The notes under the pieces were generated by a model. That model worked only from the letters and a program-made list of their open reading frames with translations, was not told where the DNA came from and made no database searches. A stretch of 63,203 bases of DNA, counting the filler, from Dimorphilus gyrociliatus (taxonomy: Eukaryota > Animalia > Annelida), in the NCBI GenBank assembly GCA_904063045.1. It is 6 parts of 6 records of this genome, joined end to end, with 100 filler letters (N's around TTAATTAATTAA, not from the genome) between each part and the next. Parts side by side here need not be neighbours in the genome. Positions count along the whole stretch, not along the records: positions 10,135 to 32,988 come from CAJFCJ010000112.1; 5 more parts are not named here. One strand, written 5' to 3'. The position numbers and the translations under genes were made by a program. Shown here piece after piece: positions 10,135 through 21,808 of this stretch (its first letter is position 1; the number at the start of each line of letters is the position of its first letter).

Positions 10135-13100
10135 AAGTATAATTGTTTTCATAGACATTGAAGAAGATTTGAGCCCATCACATATCACTTTAAAGCCATT
10201 CCCCATGTTACTATTCCATGAGAAATCAACATTCTCCAATGCTGAACAGTGTTTAAATGTTTCTCCTAAACTTTGAGCTTGTTCATCATTCAAATCACAC
10301 CCATCAAGTGTAATTGTTTTCATAGACATTGAAGAAGATTTGAGTCCAACACATATCACTTTAAAGCCATTCCTCATCTTTCTATTACGTGAGAAATCAA
10401 CATTCTCCAATGCTGAATAGTATTTAAATGTTTCTCCTAAACTTTGAGCTTGTTCATCATTCAAATCACACCCACTAAGATTAATTGTTTTCATAGACAT
10501 TGAAGAAGATTTGAGCCCATCACATATACCTTTAAAGCCATTTCCCATGTTACTATTCCCTGAGAAATCAACATTCTCTAATGCTGAACAGTGTTTAAAT
10601 GTTTCTCCTAAACTTTGAGCTTGTTCATCATTCAAATGACACCCATCAAGTTAATTATTTTCAGAGACATTGAAGAAGATTTGAGTCCAACACATATCAC
10701 TTTAAAGCCATTCCTCATCTTCTATTATATGAGAAATCAACATTGTCCAATGCTGAACAGTGTTTAAATGTTTCTCCTAAACTTTGAGCTTGTTTATCAT
10801 TCAAATCACACCAACCAAGATTAATTGTTTTCATAGACATTGAAGAAGATTTGAGCCCATCACATATCACTTTAAAGCCATTCCACATCTTTCTATTACA
10901 TGAGAAATCAACATTCTCCAATGCTGAACAGTGTTTAAATGTTTTTCCTAAACTTTGAGCTTGTTCATCATTCAAATCACACTCACCAAGTTTAATTGTT
11001 TTCATAGACATTGAAGAAGATTTGAGCCCATCACATATCCCTTTAAAGCCATTCCGCATCTTTCTATTACATGAGAAATCAACATTCTCCAATACCGAAC
11101 AGTGTTTAAATGTTTCTCCTAAACTTTGAGCTTGTTTATCATTCAAATCACACCAACCAAGATTAATTGTTTTCATAGACATTGAAGAAGATTTGAGCCC
11201 ATCACATATCACTTTAAAGCCATTCCGCATCTTTCTATTACGTGAGAAATCAACATTCTCCAATGCTGAACAGTGTTTAAATGTTTCTCCTAAACTTTGA
11301 GCTTGTTTATCATTCAAATCACACCAACCAAGATTAATTGTTTTCATAGACATTGAAGAAGATTTGAGCCCATCACATATCCCTTTAAAGCCATTCCGCA
11401 TCTTTCTATTACATGAGAAATCAACATTCTCCAATGCTGAACAGTGTTTAAATGTTTCTCCTAAACTTTGAGCTTGTTTATCATTCAAATCACACCAACC
11501 AAGATTAATTGTTTTCATAGACATTGAAGAAGATTTGAGCCCATCACATATCACTTTAAAGCCATTCCGCATCTTTCTATTACATGAGAAATCAACATTC
11601 TCCAATACCGAACAGTGTTTAAATGTTTCTCCTAAACTTTGAGCTTGTTCATCATTCAAATCACACCAACCAAGATTAATTGTTTTGATAGACATTGAAG
11701 AAGATTTGAGCCCATCACATATCCTTTTAAAGCTATTCCCCGTGTTTTCATTAAATCTGAAATCAACATCCTCCAATGCTGAACAGTGTTTAAATGTTTC
11801 TCCTAAACTTTGAGCTTGTTCAGCATTGAAATCACACCAACCAAGATTAATTGTTTTCATAGACATTGAAGAAGATTTGAGCCCATCACATATCCCTTTA
11901 AAGCCATTCCCCATGTTTTTATTCAATGACAAATCAACATTCTCCAATTCTGAACAGTGTTTAAATGTTTCTCCTATACTTTGAGCTTGTTCATCATTCA
12001 AATCACACTCACCAAGTTTAATTATTTTCAGAGACATTGAAGAAGATTTGAGTCCAACACATATCACTTTAAAGCCATTCCCCATGTTACTATTCCATGA
12101 GAAATCAACATTCTCCAATGCTGAACAGTGTTTAAATGTTTCTCCTAAACTTTGAGCTTGTTCATCATTCAAATCACACCCACTAAGATTAATTGTTTTC
12201 ATAGACATTGAAGAAGATTTGAGTCCAACACATATCACTTTAAAGCCATTCCTCATCTTTCTATTACGTGAGAAATCAACATTCTCCAATGCTGAATAGT
12301 ATTTAAATGTTTCTCCTAAACTTTGAGCTTGTTCATCATTCAAATCACACCCACTAAGATTAATTGTTTTCATAGACATTGAAGAAGATTTGAGCCCATC
12401 ACATATACCTTTAAAGCCATTTCCCATGTTACTATTCCCTGAGAAATCAACATTCTCTAATGCTGAACAGTGTTTAAATGTTTCTCCTAAACTTTGAGCT
12501 TGTTCATCATTCAAATGACACCCATCAAGTTTAATTATTTTCAGAGACATTGAAGAAGATTTGAGTCCAACGGGGTCGGGTGTGAACGTACCTGGGTGCG
12601 AACGTACCCGGGTGCGAACGTACCCTGGGCGGGTGCGAACGTACCTGGGTACGTTCGCACCCTATTTTTATATTTATTTTATTTTGAATTTTTGAATAAA
12701 CATGTACATTGACACCCTTTTTTCCTTCTGTTCCTTCATTATATATTTGTTAATATATTGATTTGATAGAATGCAGATATTAAATAGAATACATATCCAT
12801 CAATATTAAATTACTACTTTAAAAGAAAATGTTGTTGAAAGTGAAATAGCAGCCATTTTAATAGTGATAGTTTTATTAAATAAACTTTCACTTGGAATAT
12901 TTATCCTTGCAAAAGTAAAGCTATATTTACTGAATAAATTTGGACAAAGTTCTTCTTGGAAGCTTCAACAGAAGTGAGTATTTATATCTAATCATTGAGA
13001 TTGTTGATTCATGATATTTTGATGTAATATACTATCTTCAATTGTGAAAAAGCTGAATATTTTTCATAAATAAAATTTCAGCCATTTTGAATATTTGGAA

Positions 13101-16100
13101 AGGAAATTTATTGATAACTGGAAATATTTTTAGATAACCATCTACATTTGATTGAAGATTAAAAAATGGCTTTCAAATGTCACAATTGTCATTCAACAAT
13201 TTATGGAAGGCAAAAATATTTGAAATGCAGCCTTTGTAAGAATCTTATTCATAGGAAATGCACAGGTATGTAACTCTTTAATCAGCTTTCATGTAATTAT
13301 ATTTTTTAACATATTCTTATAGAAACACATAACATACCAATTTGCAAACCTTGTAACAAAAGAAAATGTACTGTCATGCTCAAGAAGTTAACTAATCTGG
13401 AAATTCATCAATTCAAAGTAAATTCTGAAGAAAGCTTTATTGATGAAAGAAATAAGATTGCTGCAGTTGAGGAATCAATATTGGAGGATGAAAATCATGT
13501 TCTTTCAGAATGCCAATCAATGGACCTAGACTCTTTGGAGGAAGTTGAAGAGAATGCTGAAGAATATTGTGAATCATCCACAAAAAGTGATTTTGAGATT
13601 GTAAAAGGAGGAAGTAGAAAGGGACATGACATTTTACTGAATGATGGATATTCTTTTGTTGTTAAACATAAAACACCATCAAGTACTATTTGGGTGTGCA
13701 GTGTGAGAAGTAAGAAGAAAAGATGTGTGGCCAGAATAAGACAAAATGGAAATTTATTTCTCAAAGGCAATTTGGAACATAATCACAACAGAAAAAAGAA
13801 TTTAGAAGTGGATATTAAAGTGAAAACAGATTTGAAAATTGTTTGCAGAAGTGATAATCAAACATCTGGAAGAAGCATTGCTGAAAAAGTTCTTCTATCC
13901 TATGAACCCAATGCAACTTGTCTTCCTGATATCAACTATTTGAAGAGAATGGCAAACTCAAATAGACAAAAGTTTAGGCCAGTGGAACCTAAAGTGTACA
14001 ACTTTAATTTAGATGAAACATTTTTGCCTGATGAATTTTTGCAGAAAGATATTTGTGAAAATGGAGAAAGAATTTTAATCTTTGCAACAAACCATCAGCT
14101 GAATTTATTATCAAAATCCAACTGTTGGTACATTGATGGTACTTTCAAGATTGTAAAAGAACCATTTTATCAACTTGTCACTATTCACTCATTTGTTAAG
14201 AAGAGTGGTGATATGAAGCAAGTTCCTCTTGTTTTTATTTTTCTGACTTCAAAGCATACCAAAGCATACTTACAAGCATTTCAAGTAAATATTTCATATT
14301 ATCTCTTCAAAAGTGATGATAAATAAAGTTGCTTTTTTGTAGCATATCAACAATCTTATCAATGATTTTCATCCAAAAGAATTACAATGGATTTTGAAAA
14401 AGGACTATGGAAAGCATTATCAAAAGTATATCCCCTCACTGAATTTCAAGGTTGTGTATTTCATTTCACACAAGCAGTATACAGGAAAATACAAGTCAGT
14501 TACATTCAAATATATATAACATTATCTATTAAATAACTTATATTATTGAATAGGCTCTTGGCTATGTAAAGAAATACAAAGAAAAAGGAAATGATTGGAA
14601 AGATTTCAGAAAATTGATGGCTCTGCCATTCTTGCCAGCACATATTATTCAACCAACATTTGACAGCATAAATGCAGAACTTTGTGAAAAAAATAGATTT
14701 TTGGACCTGCTGCAATACTTCCAAACAAACTGGATCAAAAATAAATTATGGAAACCAAATAACTGGTCAGTTTTTGGTTTGTCTATTAGGACCAATAATG
14801 ATTGTGAAGGATGGCATCAAAGAATGAATAGTAAGCTGCCTGCTAAAGGTTCTTTTTACATGCTGGTTGATGAGCTAAAAAAAGAGTCTGAGTTGATTGC
14901 AGTTTATGAGAAATTACTGTCAGAAAAAAGGATTTACAAACATCAAAAGAAAAAGTATATTGACATCCAAAAGAAAATTTTTGATTTATGGGATGATTTC
15001 AAGTTGAACAAATTGACATCAATTGATCTATTAATGCAGACATCCCATATCTACTCTCCAGCATAAATATCATTTGTCAAGCTTTATTGTTTTTTAGTAT
15101 AATATTTAGTCTTTTAAATACATACTTTTAGATTTATAGCTAAATCTTTTATTCAAAAATTCAAAAATAAAATAAATATAAAAATAGGGTGCGAACGTAC
15201 CCAGGTACGTTCGCACCCGCCCAGGGTACGTTCGCACCCGGGTACGTTCACACCCAGGTACGTTCGCACCCCAACTCGAGTCCAACACATATCACTTTAA
15301 AGCCATTCCTCATCTTTCTATTATATGAGAAATCAACATTGTCCAATGCTGAACAGTGTTTAAATGTTTCTCCTAAACTTTGAGCTTGTTTATCATTCAA
15401 ATCACACCAACCAAGATTAATTGTTTTCATAGACATTGAAGAAGATTTGAGCCCATCACATATCACTTTAAAGCCATTCCACATCTTTCTATTACATGAG
15501 AAATCAACATTCTCCAATGCTGAACAGTGTTTAAATGTTTTTCCTAAACTTTGAGCTTGTTCATCATTCAAATCACACTCACCAAGTTTAATTGTTTTCA
15601 TAGACATTGAAGAAGATTTGAGCCCATCACATATCCCTTTAAAGCCATTCCCCATGTTACTATTCTCTGAGAAATCAACATTCTCCAATGCTGAACAGTG
15701 TTTAAATGTTTCTCCTATACTTTGAGCTTGTTCATCATTCAAATCACACTCACCAAGTTTAATTATTTTCAGAGACATTGAAGAAGATTTGAGTCCAACA
15801 CATATCACTTTAAAGCCATTCCCCATGTTACTATTCCATGAGAAATCAACATTCTCCAATGCTGAACAGTGTTTAAATGTTTCTCCTAAACTTTGAGCTT
15901 GTTCATCATTCAAATCACACCCACTAAGATTAATTGTTTTCATAGACATTGAAGAAGATTTGAGTCCAACACATATCACTTTAAAGCCATTCCTCATCTT
16001 TCTATTACGTGAGAAATCAACATTCTCCAATGCTGAATAGTATTTAAATGTTTCTCCTAAACTTTGAGCTTGTTCATCATTCAAATCACACCCACTAAGA

Positions 16101-19100
16101 TTAATTGTTTTCATAGACATTGAAGAAGATTTGAGCCCATCACATATACCTTTAAAGCCATTTCCCATGTTACTATTCCCTGAGAAATCAACATTCTCTA
16201 ATGCTGAACAGTGTTTAAATGTTTCTCCTAAACTTTGAGCTTGTTCATCATTCAAATGACACCCATCAAGTTTAATTATTTTCAGAGACATTGAAGAAGA
16301 TTTGAGTCCAACACATATCACTTTAAAGCCATTCCTCATCTTTCTATTATATGAGAAATCAACATTGTCCAATGCTGAACAGTGTTTAAATGTTTCTCCT
16401 AAACTTTGAGCTTGTTTATCATTCAAATCACACCAACCAAGATTAATTGTTTTCATAGACATTGAAGAAGATTTGAGCCCATCACATATCACTTTAAAGC
16501 CATTCCACATCTTTCTATTACATGAGAAATCAACATTCTCCAATGCTGAACAGTGTTTAAATGTTTTTCCTAAACTTTGAGCTTGTTCATCATTCAAATC
16601 ACACTCACCAAGTTTAATTGTTTTCATAGACATTGAAGAAGATTTGAGCCCATCACATATCCCTTTAAAGCCATTCCCCATGTTACTATTCTCTGAGAAA
16701 TCAACATTCTCCAATGCTGAACAGTGTTTAAATGTTTCTCCTAAACTTTGAGCTTGTTCATCATTCAAATCACACCAACCAAGATTAATTGTTTTGATAG
16801 ACATTGAAGAAGATTTGAGCCCATCACATATCCCTTTAAAGCTATTCCCCGTGTTTTTATTAAATCTGAAATCAACATCCTCCAATGCTGAACAGTGTTT
16901 AAATGTTTCTCCTAAACTTTGAGCTTGTTCATCATTCAAATCACACCAACCAAGATTAATTGTTTTCATAGACATTGAAGAAGATTTGAGCCCATCACAT
17001 ATCACTTTAAAGCCATTCCGCATCTTTCTATTACATGAGAAATCAACATTCTCCAATACCGAACAGTGTTTAAATGTTTCTCCTAAACTTTGAGCTTGTT
17101 CATCATTCAAATCACACCAACCAAGATTAATTGTTTTGATAGACATTGAAGAAGATTTGAGCCCATCACATATCCCTTTAAAGCTATTCCCCGTGTTTTT
17201 ATTAAATCTGAAATCAACATCCTCCAATGCTGAACAGTGTTTAAATGTTTCTCGTAAACTTTGAGCTTGTTCAGCATTGAAATCACACCAACCAAGATTA
17301 ATTGTTTTCATAGACATTGAAGAAGATTTGAGCCCATCACATATCCCTTTAAAGCCATTCCCCATGTTTTTATTCAATGACAAATCAACATTCTCCAATT
17401 CTGAACAGTGTTTAAATGTTTCTCCTATACTTTGAGCTTGTTCATCATTCAAATCACACTCACCAAGTTTAATTGTTTTCATAGACATTGAAGAAGATTT
17501 GAGCCCATCACATATACCTTTAAAGCCATTTCCCATGTTACTATTCCCTGAGAAATCAACATTCTCCAATGCTGAACAGTCTTTAAATGTTTCTCCTAAA
17601 CTTTGAGCTTGTTCATCATTCAAATCACACTCACCAAGTTTAATTGTTTTCATAGACATTGAAGAAGATTTGAGCCCATCACATATCCCTTTAAAGCCAT
17701 TCCCCATGTTACTATTCTCTGAGAAATCAACATTCTCCAATGCTGAACAGTGTTTAAATGTTTCTCCTAAACTTTGAGCTTGTTCATCATTCAAATCACA
17801 CCCATCAAGTGTAATTGTTTTCATAGACATTGAAGAAGATTTGAGTCCAACACATATCACTTTAAAGCCATTCTGCATCTTTCTATTACATGAGAAATCA
17901 ACATTCTCCAATGCTGAACAGTGGTTAAATGTTTCTCCTAAACTTTGAGCTTGTTCATCATTCAAATCACACCCACTAAGATTAATTGTTTTCATAGACA
18001 TTGAAGAAGATTTGAGTCCAACACATATCACTTTAAAGCCATTCCTCATCTTTCTATTACGTGAGAAATCAACATTCTCCAATGCTGAATAGTATTTAAA
18101 TGTTTCTCCTAAACTTTGAGCTTGTTCATCATTTAACTGACACCAATTAAGATTAATTGTTTTCATAGACATTGAAGAAGATTTGAGTCCATCACATATC
18201 CCTTTAAAGCCATTCCTCATGTTTCTATTACATGAGAAATCAACATTCTCCAATGCTGAACAGTGTTTAAATGTTTCTCCTAAACTTTGAGCTTGTTCAT
18301 CATTTAACTGACACCAATTAAGATTAATTGTTTTCATAGACATTGAAGAAGATTTGAGTCCATCACATATGACTTTAAAGCCATTCCCCATGTTACTATT
18401 ACATGAGAAATCAACATTCTCCAATGCTGAACAGTGTTTAAATGTTTCTCCTAAACTTTGAGCTTGTTCATCATTTAACTCACACTGGGCAAGCTTAATT
18501 GTTTTCATAGACATTGAAGAAGATTTGAGTCCATCACATATCACTTTAAAGCCATTCCCCATGTTACTATTCCATGATAAATCAACATTCTCCAATGCTG
18601 AACAGTGTTTAAATGTTTCTCCTAACCTTTGAGCTTGTTCTTCATTTAACTCACACCTACCAAGATTAATTGTTTTCAATGAGAATGAAGAAGATTTGAG
18701 TCCATCACATATCCCTTTAAAGCCATTTCCCATGTTTTTATTCCATGAGAAATCAACATTCTCCAATGCTGAACAGTGTTTAAATGTTTCTCCTAAACTT
18801 TGAGCTTGTTCATCATTTAACTCACACTGGGCAAGCTTAATTGTTTTCATAGACATTGAAGAAGATTTGAGTCCATCACATATCACTTTAAAGCCATTCC
18901 CCATCTTACTATTCCATGATAAATCAACATTCTCCAATGCTGAACAGTGTTTAAATGTTTCTCCTAAGCTTTGAGCTTGTTCATCATTTAACTCACACCA
19001 GGCAAGGTTAATTGTTTTCATAGACATTGAAGAAGATTTGAGTCCATCACATATCCCTTTAAAGCCATTTCCCATGTTTTCATTCCCTGAGAAATCAACA

Positions 19101-20103
19101 TTCTCCAATGCTGAACAGTGTTTAAATGTTTCTACTAGAGATTGAGCTTGGTCATCATCCAAATCACACCCATGAAGTTTAATTGTTTTGATAGAGTTTA
19201 AAGAAGATTTAAGCCCATCGCATATGTCTTTAAAACTGTTTCCCATGTGGTTGTTTTTTGATAGGTTAACATATTTTAATGATGCACATTTTTTTAAGTT
19301 TTTACCTAATATGTTTGAATTTTGACTATTTAAGTTACAATCTACAATCACAATATGGCTTAAGGTATGTTTAAATGAGTCGAAATTAAAATATGTATGA
19401 GCTTTTTTATAACTTTCAAATATTAAAGTTTTCATTTTGGTACATTTTCCTAGAAGTTCAGGCAGAGTTCTTTGCTGTTTTTCAAAGTTGGTGTAAGATT
19501 TAATATTAAATATCTCCATTGTTTGGCACAATATTTCAAAAACATCATTTAACGTTTCTTCATAATTTGCACTATTTTTATATTATATAATTCTACTGGA
19601 AAATGACACATGGTAACAAATTTTTTTTTCAATGCCCATTTTAAGCACTCCAAGGTGTTTTTGTTCAAGTTGGCAATCGCACTTTCATCAACTGTCAGTT
19701 TTGCTCCTGTGGCATTGAAAGAAACTTGCAGTTTTTCATTACTGAAAGCTTTAATCTGAATAACATTTGATGTTGAGTTATTATCAAAATATGAATGGAG
19801 TGATAAATCTTTGGATATATAACTGTAATAGTCCAAAAAGAATTTGTTTGTGAGATTTATTATTGAGCTATCTTGTATAACCAATTTTTTAAACTGGTAA
19901 TGCTCCCTTTTAAATTTTAAAACATTAAGAAATTTGTCCAAATCAATTGCAGAGACAATTTTGTTTTTCAGAATTATATCATTCAGATTATGGTGTCTTT
20001 CAATATATTTTAGTGATGCCTCTTTGTAAAATATTTCTGAATTGTATGATATATCTGTTAAATTTGTTAATTGATTATTCCAAATGTCACTTGAATCAAC
20101 CAA
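10135..20103 (-). CDS. Giant RNI-like (NLR-type) LRR protein with about 38 tandem 56-aa units, interrupted by a MULE
   Basis: ORFs 19549-20103, 15248-19531, 10715-12550 and 10087-10635 join after removing MULE-A (12572-15277 plus one TSD copy) and three 1-nt indels (T5 run 19575-19579; single-T losses near 10720 and 10651). Unit: KTIxLxxCxLNDEQAQSLGETFKHCSALENVDFSxNxxMxNGFKxICxGLKSSSMSM. No NACHT domain is visible. Confidence 0.9.
12572..15277 (+). mobile_element. MULE-A: complete Mutator-like (Phantom-type, FLYWCH) DNA transposon
   Basis: Exact 9-bp TSD GAGTCCAAC at 12563-12571 and 15278-15286. TIRs of about 130 bp made of GGGTGCGAACGTACC sub-repeats plus an AT-rich inner part. Internal transposase gene. 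Confidence 0.97.
13166..15066 (+). CDS. PHD-FLYWCH-MULE DDE transposase (MULE-A)
   Basis: Exons 13166-13265, 13323-14284, 14343-14494, 14554-15066. PHD CHNC..CSLC..H..C..CKPC; FLYWCH GYSF..WVCS..C..HNH; catalytic IDGTFK, MDFE, GCVFH (CxxH), RTNNDCEGWH. One 1-nt deletion in the A run at 14375-14378. Confidence 0.92.
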
Positions 20104-20239
20104 TTGGTTTGGTATTTATTACTAGAAATTTCTAATTTCTCAATTTGCATTTTTGATAGTATACCACTTTTACCATAATTCTTTTTTTTGATGAAAACTT
20201 TAATATTATGTACAATCAAATATGTAATATTAGTTGATG

Positions 20240-20640
20240 TTATCAATGCCAGCAGTTCTTTAAAATCATTTCATTNCCCTTCTTTCTTTTTAAATTCTGA
20301 ACTGTAGCCAAGATCCTTTAAATAGAACAATAAAGGTAGATTACATTTCTATACTGTTCAATATTGTTGCTAACCTGAATTTTTCTGAATATTGCTTGTG
20401 ACCAATGAAAAGAACAACCAACCATTAAAACATCTGGCCAAGTATCTCTTATACCTTTCCAAATTGCTTTCTCATAGTCCAAAACAGTTTTCTTCGCAAA
20501 GATGTTACCAATTAGCTCATTTACAGCCTAAATACACAGATTATCTTTGATTTAAGTATTTTTACAAATAACTTATGGTACAACTTTAATTATGGCTGAT
20601 AGAAAACATTCTCAGGCTGACAGAAAATATTCCCAATAAG
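20240..20640 (-). mobile_element. Deleted MULE-C-like transposase fragment
   Basis: Reverse strand reads VLDYEKAIWKGIRDTWPDVLMVGCSFHWSQAIFRKIQ, intron, DLGYSSEFKKKEG, homologous to 50322-50560 including intron sequence. Decayed GACAGAAAA sub-repeats at about 20597-20630. Confidence 0.75.
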
Positions 20641-21808
20641 ATGGAGAATGGGCTATAGTAATAAAACTCATTAGAGGTAAGTTGAAAATTTATTATTTGT
20701 CGTTTTAAAAGCTATGTTATAATTTATTTTTTAATGTGACATTGTATTTTTATAATAAAATCTTTGTGTAACATTCTAACCAAAAATTTGACAAATTTTA
20801 TGTGTTTTTTATCTTTTTTTATTAATTTTACATTGTAAGGCTTGTGGTTATATTATCAATGTATATATATATATCATGCAATAATTCTGATTCTTCTCAT
20901 AAATTCACTGTCAGTCTAATTAAAGGCAAATGTTGTCTCTTTTGAAATACCAAAAAAACTGATAAACCTTACTCAGGGTTAAAACATTATGATTTATACA
21001 AGAGATATTTCAAAATAGTCATTCTTAACTTTCATGTAATAAACACTTGTATTTTGAATTACCATTCATAAAAAGAGTTCCATCTATCTTCATTTTTATT
21101 TTTTACAGTGTCCACATTTATACAATTATCTGTTATTATAAAAAAATCACAAAATAATATCATGGGAAAATATTAAAGTTGCATTTTGGTTCAAAAGATG
21201 AAATATAAAGCAAAACATAAATGTAATTTTCTCAGTTAATATTTTTTTAAATATTATTGACAAAATTCTCCACCAGGCGTCATATTATACATGACAACAC
21301 CTCTAAAAAATGCTAGTTCAATACTACTTACCTATACCAGAACTGGCCTTATGAATATAATGGTACAATAGGTAAGATTTCTTCAGCAAATTTCTTAACT
21401 AAACATTTTTAACATTTGTAAAATTTTGAGTACTTTTTAAGAATAACTTCAAGAAACATTTTGGTATAGGATTCTTCTGTAGAATTCAGTTTTCTGACAA
21501 TTAAAAACTAATATCAATTTTCATAAATGACTTAGTGTAAAATGTAACAAATGTAAAACACTTTTCAAAGTAATTAGTTTACATTTTTTTGCACCATCAT
21601 AAAAAAAGCTATTTGAAGATCATTCAGCAGAATAAAATAATTAGTTTTAAAAAATTTATTACAACAGACTTAACTAATATTCTGAAACATCAGTTAAAAA
21701 CACAGCAAACTGTAGCCATCCAACATGTGAAAAATATACTAAATAGATAAAAGTTGACAGAAGCAAATAATATTTAAAACAGATACAGATAACTTCAACA
21801 AAAAAGAT

